Of a DNA stretch of 64,000 bases, positions 1 to 10,606 are shown one piece after another (the first letter of the stretch is position 1; the number at the start of each line of letters is the position of its first letter). The notes below the pieces were generated by a model that saw nothing but the letters and a program-made list of their open reading frames with translations, was not told the origin of the DNA and ran no database searches. The DNA lies in assembly GCA_019359635.1 (NCBI GenBank), contig JAHHGY010000008.1, positions 6,768 to 70,767 of the forward strand, in the 5' to 3' direction. Made by a program: the position numbers and the translations under genes. Origin of the DNA: Chroococcus sp. CMT-3BRIN-NPC107. Lineage in GTDB: Bacteria; Cyanobacteriota; Cyanobacteriia; Cyanobacteriales; Chroococcidiopsidaceae.

Positions 1-420
1 ACAAGTTTGCAAGTCTTCTGAATTAATTATCTGAGCCGTTTTGAGGAGAATTTCTTTAATTTCTTGAACATTACCAATGCTTTCGTAGGCGGTCTTTAGC
101 ATTCGCGCGATCGCCCAAAATAAGTTTACCGCCGTCGGACGAGTGGAACGTAATAATTGAGCAACTTTTTCTAACCGCGTCAAAAAGTAATCTCGATCTT
201 GGGTGTCAATTTCCCTTGCTCCCAAATACATCCCATAAGCCGCCGCTACTCCAATTGCTGGCGCACCACGCACAATCATAGTTTTAATCGCCTGCGCCAT
301 ATCATCGCAGCGATGAATCTCTACTAAAGAGTATTCGCTAGGTAAGCGAGTTTGATCGATTAGCCATACCGCGTTTTCAGACCAAATCACCGGATAAACT
401 TGTGTATTTTGAGCCATCAT
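1..420 (-). CDS. mtnA: S-methyl-5-thioribose-1-phosphate isomerase (5' part; runs off window)
   Basis: Manual translation from ATG at 420: [27 protein letters not shown]...[16 protein letters not shown]...[12 protein letters not shown], which are MtnA motifs. Confidence 0.92.
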   Translation of the reverse strand, partial: MMAQNTQVYPVIWSENAVWLIDQTRLPSEYSLVEIHRCDDMAQAIKTMIVRGAPAIGVAAAYGMYLGAREIDTQDRDYFLTRLEKVAQLLRSTRPTAVNLFWAIARMLKTAYESIGNVQEIKEILLKTAQIINSEDLQTC

Positions 421-505
421 AAAAGTATTTGTAATTAGTGTTATTTACACTTCACGCAAATTGAATTATCAGGGTGAGTATAGCCCACCCTGTAACTATT
501 AAGAA

Positions 506-2410
506 TTAAACAACCGATGGCTGCTTGCTAAAAAAAGCATTTAATATTTGTTCTGCCATTTGGGGAGTTGTTAAACCTAAAGCTGCTTTAGATTCGTTTG
601 GCTCGGCATGATCGACTAATATATCGGGTACGCCTAACCGTTTGACAGGAACAACTACATCCGCATCTAGTAATGCCTCAGCTACCGCCGTACCAAAACC
701 GCCAATTAGACAGCCTTCTTCTAAGGTAACTACGCGCCCAATTTGTTTAGCCAAAGGTACAATCAACTCGGTGTCTAAAGGTTTAGCAAATCTAGCATTT
801 ACTACCGTTGCCTCAATCCCATGTTCGCTCAAGATTTCTGCTACCTGCATTGCGGGGTAAACCATTGAGCCAAAACCAACTAGCAAAACATCATCGCCAT
901 GACGCAGAAGTTCGCCTTTACCAATAGGTAGAGTTTCCCAGCCTTCTTCCATCAAAGGTACGCCGTAGCCGTTACCTCTGGGATAACGCATAGCAATGGG
1001 CCCAGAGGTATGTTCTACCCCTGTAACAATCATTTGCTGAAGCTCTGCTTCGTCTTTAGGAGCCATCAAAACCATGTTAGGCAAGCAACGCAAGTATGCA
1101 ATATCGTACATTCCTTGATGAGTTGGGCCATCTGCGCCGACAATTCCGGCTCTATCTAAGCAGAAAAATACGGGTAAGTTTTGAACGCAAACATCGTGAA
1201 CAATTTGGTCGTAACCTCGTTGTAAGAAAGTAGAATATATTGCTACAACTGGGCGCATTCCTTCGCAAGCCATACCCGCCGCTAAAGTAACGGCGTGTTG
1301 TTCGGCAATGCCAACATCAATATACTGATTGGGTAGTTTAGCCTGCAACTTATCTAACCCCGTCCCTGTAGCCATTGCTGCCGTAATCCCGATAATTTTC
1401 GGATTATTTTCTGCTAGTTTGACTAAGGCGTGAGCAAATACTTTTGAGTAGCCAGGGGGTTTGGGTTTGCTAGAAGGGTTAGCTTTACCACTGGTAAGAT
1501 TAAACGGCGATTGAGCGTGGTAGCCTACTTGATCTTGCTCGGCGATCGCATATCCTTTACCTTTCACTGTAGATACATGAACTATAACCGGCCCTGTATG
1601 CTGGTGCGCTTGCTGGAATGTAGCGATTAGTTCTTCTAAATTGTGACCGTCTACCGGCCCCATATAAGTAAAACCAAGTTCTTCAAATACTGCGCCTACT
1701 TTTGGTACAGCTAGGCGCTTCATACCTTCTCTAATTCTGCCCAGTTCTGGAGAAAGGGAATCGCCAACAAAAGGTAATTGCTTAACTTGCTCTTTGATAT
1801 TGTCAGAAATAAACTGCACTGGAGGGCTGAGGCGCATTTTATTTAGGTGACGTGAAATTGCCCCAACGTTGGGAGAAATTGACATTTCATTGTCATTTAG
1901 CACTACTAGCAAATTAGTTTTAGGCAAGTGTCCCGCGTGGTTGATTGCTTCTAAAGCCATACCGCCTGTCAAAGCGCCATCGCCAATCACGGCAACAGTT
2001 TTAAACTTTTCACCCTTCGCATCTCGCGCTAGTGCCATCCCTAAAGCGGCGGAGATGCTGGTAGAGGCGTGTCCGGCTCCAAAATGGTCAAACTTGCTTT
2101 CACAGCGTTTGAGGTAGCCTGCAACTCCGTCTTTTTGCCGCAGTGTGTCAAAGCGATCGTAGCGTCCGGTAATTAGTTTATGTGGATAGGCTTGATGACC
2201 CACATCCCAAATGACTTTATCGCAATCTAAATCTAAAGTCTGGTAAAGCGCCAGCGTCAGTTCTACCACACCCAAACCTGGGCCGAGATGTCCACCGCTT
2301 GTTGCCACAGTTTGCAGATGCTTTTCGCGTATTTCGCTGGCAATTTGCTGCAATTGGCGGATGGATAAACCGTGCAACTGGTTTGGATGGGTGATGTCAC
2401 TCAGGTGCAT
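506..2410 (-). CDS. dxs: 1-deoxy-D-xylulose-5-phosphate synthase
   Basis: [53 protein letters not shown]; start placed at [12 protein letters not shown] (2410) rather than the ORF-track start at 2515. Confidence 0.97.
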   Translation of the reverse strand: MHLSDITHPNQLHGLSIRQLQQIASEIREKHLQTVATSGGHLGPGLGVVELTLALYQTLDLDCDKVIWDVGHQAYPHKLITGRYDRFDTLRQKDGVAGYLKRCESKFDHFGAGHASTSISAALGMALARDAKGEKFKTVAVIGDGALTGGMALEAINHAGHLPKTNLLVVLNDNEMSISPNVGAISRHLNKMRLSPPVQFISDNIKEQVKQLPFVGDSLSPELGRIREGMKRLAVPKVGAVFEELGFTYMGPVDGHNLEELIATFQQAHQHTGPVIVHVSTVKGKGYAIAEQDQVGYHAQSPFNLTSGKANPSSKPKPPGYSKVFAHALVKLAENNPKIIGITAAMATGTGLDKLQAKLPNQYIDVGIAEQHAVTLAAGMACEGMRPVVAIYSTFLQRGYDQIVHDVCVQNLPVFFCLDRAGIVGADGPTHQGMYDIAYLRCLPNMVLMAPKDEAELQQMIVTGVEHTSGPIAMRYPRGNGYGVPLMEEGWETLPIGKGELLRHGDDVLLVGFGSMVYPAMQVAEILSEHGIEATVVNARFAKPLDTELIVPLAKQIGRVVTLEEGCLIGGFGTAVAEALLDADVVVPVKRLGVPDILVDHAEPNESKAALGLTTPQMAEQILNAFFSKQPSVV

Positions 2411-2983
2411 AGGGGGGGTACTCTCGCTGATTTTATCTATGGCGATCGCCATTGAGACTTTATCTTGATAAATTTGGATAAAGTCGCACTTGGCGATTGT
2501 ATTTCCATCTTTCACTTTAGGACTTTTTTGAGGGCTTTAACAAAAAGCCGAACCTTTTTAGTAATTCGACATTCAAAGCGATGGAAGCTCGTTACTGCTA
2601 TTAGTTATTACTGGTCGAGTAGTTTCTTCACTAATTCTTGAAATAGCCAAATAATAGTGCGGTTGGAAACCCGACTGCGGACAAGGCAAAATTTGGCGCT
2701 GTTGTTGCTTTTGTAAGACGAATTTGGCGGCTGATGTCGAGGATATCAGCCATGACCGCATACATTGCTAATTATTCGACCGATCGCGTAGCCACCGATG
2801 AAGATAATGCTGTAACGTATCAACGATAAATTTCACGCGGTAATGTTTGTAAATTCTTCCCTAATTCACCAACAAACCCTCTAAACCAAATATTATGGAA
2901 AATTTTTCCGACTCTCCAACATGAAAATTATCTGGCTACAAACTCAAGTCAAAACCTAGTTCATAAAGGGATATTGAAGAGAT

Positions 2984-3892
2984 TTATGCAGTAGTTTGTC
3001 CGCTCAACCAAGCAACCAAATCAGAAGCATCAGCAAAATCTAATAAAGCCTCACCCAAATTCTCTAACTGTGCGATCGCCAAACTGCGAATCTGGGTTTC
3101 TAATTCAGGAGCAATGCTACCAAAACGACGGTTAAGTTGACGTAAAATTAGGGCAACTTCTCCTTGCTTAATTCCTTGCTCCATCCAGCTTGTCACAATT
3201 TCCATAACTTCCTCTCGCTGATTATTTAGTTCGATTGTTCTAATTTGGGCTTGAAACTGCTGCTCCTCTTCTGCACTCAATCGTAAATAAGTGTCAATGA
3301 ATCCCGAAATTAACTGCATTCGGGCTGCATCTAATCTTAAAGTTGTCATTAAACGCAAGCATTCAACTTTTACTTGCACGCGTTCTTGTGGTGTCATTTT
3401 CATTTTAGACATTAATGCACTAGCTACTGGATTTGGCTGATGTAAAAAATCTCGCCAATTTAGACGATTTAGCTGGATAACTCGGTAATTAAACTTTAAA
3501 ACCTCAAAATCGGGGAAACTTACTTGATGAAAGTTTGGCTCTAAACGCTGGGGTGCATTGTAGGAGAATATGGCGATGGGATAAACTGAGAGGTCGAATT
3601 TTTCGTATAATCGGGCAAAATAACGAAACATTCTTTGACTAAAATCACCTTGAGGGTTTGCTTGATTTTCAACGTGAATTAAAAAAAATGATTCTTGAGT
3701 GCGAAACTGAACTTTAACAACTAAATCGGCTTCATACTGCTCCCCGGAGGTAACATCGGTAAAGAGTTCTTTATCTAAAAACGTCAGCGAATCGGGTTCT
3801 AAGTAAGCAGTGAGATTGGGGAAAAATAAATCTATAAATTCCCAAAGGAATGTTGTGAGTAACTCTTTGAACAGACGGTCATGGTCAATCAT
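2984..3892 (-). CDS. Rpn/YhgA-like (PD-(D/E)XK) nuclease/putative transposase with C-terminal DUF4351
   Basis: DHDRLFKELL...EADLVVKV...LIHVENQ...RMFRYFARL; tail LILRQLNRRFG...QLENLGEALLDF..DLVAWL. Confidence 0.85.
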   Translation of the reverse strand: MIDHDRLFKELLTTFLWEFIDLFFPNLTAYLEPDSLTFLDKELFTDVTSGEQYEADLVVKVQFRTQESFFLIHVENQANPQGDFSQRMFRYFARLYEKFDLSVYPIAIFSYNAPQRLEPNFHQVSFPDFEVLKFNYRVIQLNRLNWRDFLHQPNPVASALMSKMKMTPQERVQVKVECLRLMTTLRLDAARMQLISGFIDTYLRLSAEEEQQFQAQIRTIELNNQREEVMEIVTSWMEQGIKQGEVALILRQLNRRFGSIAPELETQIRSLAIAQLENLGEALLDFADASDLVAWLSGQTTA

Positions 3893-3907
3893 TGTTTGGA
3901 TCTATTA

Positions 3908-4183
3908 TTACAAGAGAGAGATTGGAGATCGCAGTTCATCAAGATATCTGCTCGAATAACTGCCAAAGCTAATTGCTTCCAAAAAATCAGTGAGGGGAAA
4001 TTTTTATTTTGATACAAAATCTTGCTGCACATACTGTGAATATACTTTTATTTCCATGTGCTTAATACCCTTGTCTTTATTAATTTGGGCTATTTGTTGT
4101 CTCTTATACTTAATTTCCACAGTTATTTTTTCATAATTAAGATCGCTAAAATGAACAATTTCAAAACTAGAATCTAAATTAAT
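3908..4183 (-). pseudogene. Degraded immunity-protein-like gene
   Basis: Frame reads INLDSSFEIVHFSDLNYEKITVEIKYKRQQIAQINKDKGIKHMEIKVYSQYVQQDFVSK*KFPLTDFLEAIS; ATT instead of ATG at 4183, in-frame TAA at 4006-4004; directly downstream of toxin-like relic. Confidence 0.5.
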
Positions 4184-4199
4184 AGCTACTTTTTACCGC

Positions 4200-4346
4200 C
4201 TAATCTGCGAATCCAGAAAAGCTTCCATCTGTGTTAAACTTTATTCCACGTTGCTCTGGAATTCTCACTTCAAACCCTCCTCTACCGAGTGGTACAAAAG
4301 CAGCATCTGGATTAGTCAGAATTCCTTCAACTTGTTATTGAGCAAT
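4200..4346 (-). pseudogene. Relic of polymorphic-toxin C-terminal domain
   Basis: Frame reads IAQ*QVEGILTNPDAAFVPLGRGGFEVRIPEQRGIKFNTDGSFSGFAD*, resembling toxin tips ending ..RGIRF..DGSF.GF; internal TAA at 4337-4335; no start or N-terminus. Confidence 0.5.
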
Positions 4347-4599
4347 CAATGTTTTATAGGCATTTATATCTAAACTCAATACTATAACAACCAATATTTA
4401 GTCAGATTTACTCAATCCTCATCTACAAAACCGCGTGCCTTGACAACTTTTCTCGATCGCGATATTTACAGCCGATTTATTATTAGTAAGTACGTTGCAA
4501 TTATCCAAAGCGCGATCGCTCTTTACCAAAAAGCTAACAACTAAAATCTGTCAACCGTAACACACAGGTTGTAAAATATGCCCTAATTAAGTTTCTTTT

Positions 4600-5553
4600 A
4601 TGATTTCTACACCTCAACTTCCTAGCAGCCAGCAAATTAAGCTTAAAGCTTTAGAAATTGGATTCCATAGGGTCGGAATTGCCAAGGTAGAGGATACGCA
4701 AGCAGAAGTACAGCACTTGCAAGATTGGCTAAACAAAGGTTATCAAGCAGATATGGCGTGGATGAATGATCCCAAACGTCAAGATATTCGCACGGTAATG
4801 CCAGAAGTGCAAAGTATTATTTGTGTAGCGCTAAACTATTACACCCCTCACCAACGCCCAAATAGTCCCGGATACGCCAAAATTTCTCGCTATGGTTGGG
4901 GACGAGATTATCATAAGGTGATGGATAAAAAGCTCAAGGCTTTAAATAATTGGTTGCAAGCATATCCTAATGTGCGATCGCGTTATAGTTGCGATACTGC
5001 CCCAATTCAAGATAAAGTTTGGGCGCAAAAAGCTGGGATTGGCTGGATTGCCAAAAATGGCAATATTATTACTAGAAACTATGGATCTTGGTTGTTTTTG
5101 GGGGAAATTCTCACAAACCTAGACTTAACGCCCGATATCCCTCATACTGAACACTGTGGGAGTTGTACTCGTTGCTTGGATGCTTGTCCAACAAGTGCGA
5201 TCGCCGAGCCTTTTGTTGTTGATGCCAATCGCTGCATTGCTTATCATACGATTGAAAACCGTGCCGAAAAGTTACCTGATGCGATTTCTGCTAATCTCCA
5301 AGGATGGGTTGGCGGCTGCGATATCTGCCAAGATGTTTGTCCTTGGAATCAGCGTTTTGCGAAAGAAACTGATATAGTCGAGTTTCAACCTTACCCGGAA
5401 AATGTTGCGCCGAAGTTGACCGATTTAGCAGAGATTTCTAATCAGGAGTGGGATAGACGTTTTACAGCTTCTGCATTGCGACGAATTAAACCCCAAATGT
5501 TAAGACGAAATGCTAGGGCAAATTTATCAACAGCAACTCAAAACAACGATTAA
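4600..5553 (+). CDS. queG: tRNA epoxyqueuosine reductase
   Basis: ISRYGWGRDYH, GIGWIAKN, CGSCTRCLDACPT, GCDICQDVCPWN. Confidence 0.95.
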   Translation: MISTPQLPSSQQIKLKALEIGFHRVGIAKVEDTQAEVQHLQDWLNKGYQADMAWMNDPKRQDIRTVMPEVQSIICVALNYYTPHQRPNSPGYAKISRYGWGRDYHKVMDKKLKALNNWLQAYPNVRSRYSCDTAPIQDKVWAQKAGIGWIAKNGNIITRNYGSWLFLGEILTNLDLTPDIPHTEHCGSCTRCLDACPTSAIAEPFVVDANRCIAYHTIENRAEKLPDAISANLQGWVGGCDICQDVCPWNQRFAKETDIVEFQPYPENVAPKLTDLAEISNQEWDRRFTASALRRIKPQMLRRNARANLSTATQNND

Positions 5554-5570
5554 CACCTTTTTCAACAACC

Positions 5571-6221
5571 ATGAATCCAAAAGTAATTATTTTTGATTTT
5601 GATGGTACTATTGCTGATTCTCTAGGTGTATTAGTTGATATTAGCAATCGGTTAGCTGTACAATTTGGCTATAAACAAACTAGCCTAGCTGAACTTGCTC
5701 AAATTCAAAACTTAACTTCTAGAGAAATTATTAAGCAGTCTGGTATTTCTATTTTTAAAGTTCCGTTTTTAGTTAAAAAAGTTAAAGCCGAACTAAGTTC
5801 CGAAATTGAAACTCTAGACTTATTTCCGGGGATGAAAGAGGCTTTAATTGAGCTACATAGGCTAGGTAATAAGTTAGTAATTATTAGCTCTAATTCAAAA
5901 AGTAATATCGTAGCTTTTTTAGAACACAATAACTTAGCAGATATTTTTTATTATATTTACTCTGGCTCTACTATTTTTGGTAAAGATAAAGTAATTAATA
6001 GGTTTCTTAAACAAGAAAATATTGATATTACTGATGCAATTTATGTAGGAGATGAGACGAGAGATATAGAATCGGCTAAAAAAAGTAATGTAATGGCGAT
6101 CGCTGTTAGCTGGGGCTTTAATACTAAACAAGTATTAGCAAAGCAAAATCCAGATTTTTTAATTGAGGAACCATCTGAATTGGTAGATATTCTTAAACAG
6201 AATAAAGTCAGTGCTAGGTAA
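5571..6221 (+). CDS. HAD-IA family hydrolase (phosphoglycolate phosphatase-like)
   Basis: IIFDFDGTIAD motif I; YVGDETRDI motif IV. Confidence 0.88.
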   Translation: MNPKVIIFDFDGTIADSLGVLVDISNRLAVQFGYKQTSLAELAQIQNLTSREIIKQSGISIFKVPFLVKKVKAELSSEIETLDLFPGMKEALIELHRLGNKLVIISSNSKSNIVAFLEHNNLADIFYYIYSGSTIFGKDKVINRFLKQENIDITDAIYVGDETRDIESAKKSNVMAIAVSWGFNTKQVLAKQNPDFLIEEPSELVDILKQNKVSAR

Positions 6222-6260
6222 TAATTGCGCTTAATTTCAACAATATCAAGCGCAATTATT
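6220..6260. terminator. Hairpin between convergent genes
   Basis: aataattgcgctt (6220-6232) / aagcgcaattatt (6248-6260). Confidence 0.65.
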
Positions 6261-6270
6261 TAGTAAAAGC

Positions 6271-6642
6271 TTACTTACCAGGTTGACCTTTTTCTATAGC
6301 TTTTTGCATCATATCGTCATCAACATTACCCGTCGCACCAGTACTAGCGCCAACATTTTTTGCCATTTCCATATAATCGTTAGGATCGGCTGTAGACACG
6401 GCTTCGGCTTTGGTTTCTGATGGAGTTGTAGTTGCGAATTTATTAGCAGTTACTTTATCCGCAGCTTCTGCGCCCTCAGAAGTGCGATCGATATCGCTAA
6501 CGCTAAATTGTTGCGCGGCGGCGTAATCTGCATCAACATCAACTTTAGGCGTTTTTTCTTTACCTTCGGTCATACTTTCAGCAGCTAATTGAGCATCCTG
6601 AGTTGGCGCTTGGGAAGCATTGGGTTTGATTTCATCAGCCAT
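6271..6642 (-). CDS. Small acidic hypothetical protein
   Basis: 123-aa ORF with GGAG upstream; hydrophilic, Ala/Asp/Thr-rich; no recognised domain. Confidence 0.7.
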   Translation of the reverse strand: MADEIKPNASQAPTQDAQLAAESMTEGKEKTPKVDVDADYAAAQQFSVSDIDRTSEGAEAADKVTANKFATTTPSETKAEAVSTADPNDYMEMAKNVGASTGATGNVDDDMMQKAIEKGQPGK

Positions 6643-6846
6643 AGTAGCAACTCCGAGAATTATTTTATTGGTGAAGTTATCCTATCAGAGCGATCGCTAC
6701 TCCTTATAACCCCACTAAGATAGATTTTTTGATTAAAGACAAATTGAAGACTTAAACAACAAAATCTCTCTCTTGGAGGGCGATTAAAAGTATTAATCTC
6801 TGTTAATCCTAAGCTTGAGGAATTTTATTTAAAGTAGAGATAAATT

Positions 6847-7377
6847 ATGGCTTCAAATCATGCAGCAAAGCAACCTCAAGCACAAACTGCTGAAACCCAA
6901 GATGCGGTTAAAGCTTTTGAAAGCTTAGAAACCGATCCTAAACTAGCATTGTTTTATTTTATTTATGAAAAGATGGGCGATTCAATTACTCCGGCGGCTC
7001 CGGCGGCTACAGAACCAGAATTAGCGCCTAAATTGATGGGTGATTATTACAATTTATCGAAAGACGAACAGTTGGCAATTATGCGGCAAATTGTCAACTG
7101 CGAGGATACAGAATATTCTCGTGCTTATGGAGCTTTAAAAGAAAATAATCAATTGATGGTTTGGTATGCTTGGGCGCAAGCTATGGGAGATAGCGTAGTA
7201 GGAATGCCCCAAAATTATGAAAAAACCCAAGCTATTAGTGACGTACTGTCGCAGATAGAATCATTGAGTTTTGACGATCAAATTTCTATATTGCGAACAA
7301 TTGCTGGAGACATGGGTTGTAGCGATGTTAAACCAATTGAAACTCAAGCACAGACAGGTAAAACTTCAAGCTTTTAG
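6847..7377 (+). CDS. Helical carotenoid protein (stand-alone orange carotenoid protein N-terminal domain)
   Basis: KLALFYFIYEKMGDSITPAAP, EQLAIMR, SRAYGALKENNQLMVWY, QISILRTIAGDMG; no NTF2 C-terminal domain. Confidence 0.88.
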   Translation: MASNHAAKQPQAQTAETQDAVKAFESLETDPKLALFYFIYEKMGDSITPAAPAATEPELAPKLMGDYYNLSKDEQLAIMRQIVNCEDTEYSRAYGALKENNQLMVWYAWAQAMGDSVVGMPQNYEKTQAISDVLSQIESLSFDDQISILRTIAGDMGCSDVKPIETQAQTGKTSSF

Positions 7378-7386
7378 TTAAATTCT

Positions 7387-7407
7387 TCCTCCCCCATCGG
7401 GGGAGGA
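7387..7407. terminator. GC-rich hairpin between convergent genes
   Basis: tcctccccc-atc-gggggagga just after the HCP stop. Confidence 0.6.
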
Positions 7408-7481
7408 GTGCAAAAAAATGGTTTTCTTAAAGTGCGGGTATAGCTTCAAACTGCAATTCAAACGCACATTTTGAATAGTAA

Positions 7482-8525
7482 TTATTTGGGTAAAATAAAT
7501 TGCGCTAACTGTTTTGAAAATACTTCCCCATCCCCCTTATGAGCTTCAACGCGAGGCAGTTGAAAAGTGTCCGTTGTCAAACGAACGCGATCGCCCCTAG
7601 TTGTGCAAGCACAGTTAAACCCAACAGCTTGAGCGATCGCAGGTGTTTGAGAGCTATAATTGCCGTGAGGATAGGCAAAGCTTATTACCGGACGTTCAAG
7701 GAGGGCTTCTAATTGAGCTTTGTTTTGCTGAAGTTCTTGTTGTTGCTCAGTTGCCGACAAAACAGAAAGAAAAGGGTGATGGACGGTGTGAGCGCCAATT
7801 TCAATTAGAGCTTCAGGAGCAAGATGATGAAGTTCTTGAGCAGAGAGCGATCGATGGGTTGCTCGGACTTGATTTTTAGCTCCAGACCAGTCTAAAAGCC
7901 GATCCATAATATTTTGACGGTCGGTAACGTTTTGCTGGCTGAGTAAAAGATAAAGATTGCGGTAAAGTTGTTGGCGCGAACTTGGATCGGAGCTTTCGCG
8001 ATCGTACCAAGTCCAGTGGCGATCGCGCAGGTAATTTGATTGCGAATAGCAAGCCGCTCGATCTAAATTCCACTCATAAGTTCGATCTTTCAATTTGAGA
8101 GATAGCACGGGTGGCAAAGTTCCGGGTTGCAATAACAACCGCTCTAATTCATCCCACCAAAATTCCCGTTTATTTTCCAAATCTCCCGTAGTGATAAAAA
8201 AAGTTGCGGGAATATTGTAACGCTCTAATAAAGGCTTAACAGTATATAAATTGTCAGCATAGCCATCGTCAAAGGTAAGCGCCACCCAGCGATCGATAGA
8301 TTTTTTTTCTCGGACTGCTTGAACTAATTGTGGCAAAGAGACGAGATGAGTATAGCGTTTCAACACTTCTAAGTGTTCGGCAAAATGTTGAGGTGCAACC
8401 CCAATGTGAAATGGATCGGGCGAAAGGTCTGCAACGCGGTGATACATTAAAATTAATCCACCGGGCATAAATCGCCGCCCAAACCAATTTATGCCTCGCT
8501 GAAATTTGTGATGTCCGGGAATCAT
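7482..8525 (-). CDS. Polysaccharide deacetylase (NodB/CE4)
   Basis: ILMYHRV, ALTFDDGYADN, IGAHTVHHP, FAYPHG. Confidence 0.9.
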   Translation of the reverse strand: MIPGHHKFQRGINWFGRRFMPGGLILMYHRVADLSPDPFHIGVAPQHFAEHLEVLKRYTHLVSLPQLVQAVREKKSIDRWVALTFDDGYADNLYTVKPLLERYNIPATFFITTGDLENKREFWWDELERLLLQPGTLPPVLSLKLKDRTYEWNLDRAACYSQSNYLRDRHWTWYDRESSDPSSRQQLYRNLYLLLSQQNVTDRQNIMDRLLDWSGAKNQVRATHRSLSAQELHHLAPEALIEIGAHTVHHPFLSVLSATEQQQELQQNKAQLEALLERPVISFAYPHGNYSSQTPAIAQAVGFNCACTTRGDRVRLTTDTFQLPRVEAHKGDGEVFSKQLAQFILPK

Positions 8526-8530
8526 AACTT

Positions 8531-10258
8531 TTACTCAGGTTTTGTAGCAATAACTGTAATTATTAATAGGTAGTTTGGATCTTGGTAATCTAATTCTGGT
8601 ACTTGTAATTCTTCGGCAGCCATTCCTTGCAAAAAGGCGGTTGTACTCAACACATTTCCATAGGATTCTATTTGCAGATTCTTTTGAGGAAAAACCTCTT
8701 CAAACAGCTTTGCCGTCGATAAAGTTGTAAAAGCCCAATGCCAATAATCTTTCCATCGATCGACGCTGACATAACTTACACCAGGAAGCGTAACTAGCGC
8801 CACGCCACCGGGTTTTAGAATGCGATAAACTGTTTGTACCGCCGCCCGTACGTCATAAATCATTTGCATCGTTTGAGTTAAGACAATGCAATCAAACGCA
8901 TCGGAGGGAATAGAGGTGGGATTTGCCGCTAGATCGGCGACAATCGTTGCTTGGGGATTATCATCAGTAATATGAAGCACATCGCTATGAGTAACCCGGT
9001 CGCCGCCAAATTTGAGGGTATAGTGGCGATCGCCAACTTCTAATACCCTTCCTTGAATATGCGCTGCTTGCAAGGTCAAAAAGCGTTCAATGTAGTAGCG
9101 ATCGACAGGAGAACCCCGATCGTAGCCAAAATTTCGACTAATAGGTGTAGTGCGCCGCAGATTACCAAATTGCACCTCTCCTGGCGGCGGACAATACTGC
9201 GATCCTTGCCATTGGGCGCGGAGCTTGTTTTGAAACGCAGCAGGGAGTATTTGTTTAACAATCGACTTAAGGGTTTGGTTCACTTGTTTTCCTTGATTGA
9301 GAAACGGGTTGGATATTTCAGACAAATTCGGCTGCTGATATGCAGCTAAAGCCGCCTTAAGTGCATCCCAAACTTCTTGTTCTTGAATATTTTGTGTTAC
9401 TAGATACTGTTCTAGCCACTTTAAAAATGCTAAATGAGATGAATTCGGCTGCCCTAGAGGATTATATTCCCCCATTGCTGCTGCTACGTGGCAGGTACTG
9501 GCAGGGTGTTGTCGATAGCGATCCCAGTACCCACTCTCAACGAACACCGATGCTTTGAGCCAAATCTTAGCCAAAAAAACTTGATCGTCATACATCCCCC
9601 GAAACGAGTCTTCAAAGCCGCCAACTTCGTTGACAATTTCCCGTCTAACTAAAATGCTACAAGTGCCTGGGGTTTCTGCTTCATTTTTGAGCAGAAGTGT
9701 TAGCAGCGTTGGTGGTTCGATTAGCGAATCAGGTCTTACGCCTAGTTTGCGTTGGCGATCGTATTGAATATCTTGGGGGTTGCCTGTCCAGCTATACCAC
9801 ATCAAAGTTGAGTTATAGACCATTGCCACTTCTGGGAGAGCATTTAAAATGGCAACTTGCTTTGCTAATTTTGGTGCTAGCCAAATATCATCAGCATCCA
9901 GTAACGCTATATATTCTCCCTGAGCCTTAGATATACCTAAGTTTCGTGTCGCACTCGTACCTCGATTTTGATGTCCTTCGTGTTCTAGATAGCGAATTTG
10001 ATTTGGATAACGTTCCGCACAGTCTAGGGCAATCTGAGTGCTAATATCGGTGGAGCCGTCATCAATTAGCAATAGCTCCCAGTTGTCATAGGTTTGGGCA
10101 AAGACACTCTCAACTGCCGCTTTAATATACTTGCCTGGATTGAGAAAAGGCATAATTACAGATACAAGTGGCAAATAACTCGTGTCATCAAAAATTACCT
10201 GCCCTTCTGGTTGTTTTCTGCTAATGACTGGTTCGGGTAAAGCTGAGTCGTGAGTCAT
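8531..10258 (-). CDS. GT2 glycosyltransferase fused to class I SAM methyltransferase
   Basis: LLIDDGSTD and LLDADD (GT-A fold); C-terminal GRVLEVGD...FDCIVLTQ...LKPGGVAL. Confidence 0.85.
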   Translation of the reverse strand: MTHDSALPEPVISRKQPEGQVIFDDTSYLPLVSVIMPFLNPGKYIKAAVESVFAQTYDNWELLLIDDGSTDISTQIALDCAERYPNQIRYLEHEGHQNRGTSATRNLGISKAQGEYIALLDADDIWLAPKLAKQVAILNALPEVAMVYNSTLMWYSWTGNPQDIQYDRQRKLGVRPDSLIEPPTLLTLLLKNEAETPGTCSILVRREIVNEVGGFEDSFRGMYDDQVFLAKIWLKASVFVESGYWDRYRQHPASTCHVAAAMGEYNPLGQPNSSHLAFLKWLEQYLVTQNIQEQEVWDALKAALAAYQQPNLSEISNPFLNQGKQVNQTLKSIVKQILPAAFQNKLRAQWQGSQYCPPPGEVQFGNLRRTTPISRNFGYDRGSPVDRYYIERFLTLQAAHIQGRVLEVGDRHYTLKFGGDRVTHSDVLHITDDNPQATIVADLAANPTSIPSDAFDCIVLTQTMQMIYDVRAAVQTVYRILKPGGVALVTLPGVSYVSVDRWKDYWHWAFTTLSTAKLFEEVFPQKNLQIESYGNVLSTTAFLQGMAAEELQVPELDYQDPNYLLIITVIATKPE

Positions 10259-10606
10259 ATTTTCTTAAGTTGCCATAAAAGCCGTACTTATTTCAGTACA
10301 AATTATTACCCCAGTTTACTTTGCTTATTTTAGATTTAGATTAAAAATCGTTTATTACGCCAAATTTTTACACATCGAGGTGCAATACCAATCCTATTGG
10401 TGCAAAGAACTATTTGTACCAAATATTTAATTTGCGTCTGTAGGTTGGCAGGCTGGAGTTGTGTTTGTTTCTATTGAAATGCGATCGCACTTCAATTTTC
10501 ATATCCAAGCGATCGCTATTTGTCTATTAGCTTCTAAGCCATTGGTGTAAAAGCTACTAATTGCCAAAGGTTTTAGTAACAGATAATTATCAAATCGGCG
10601 CAGATG

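Noticed and set aside
2573-2761. 62-aa ORF upstream of dxs
   Set aside because: No recognisable motif; an alternative 40-aa frame is equally plausible, so no call is supported
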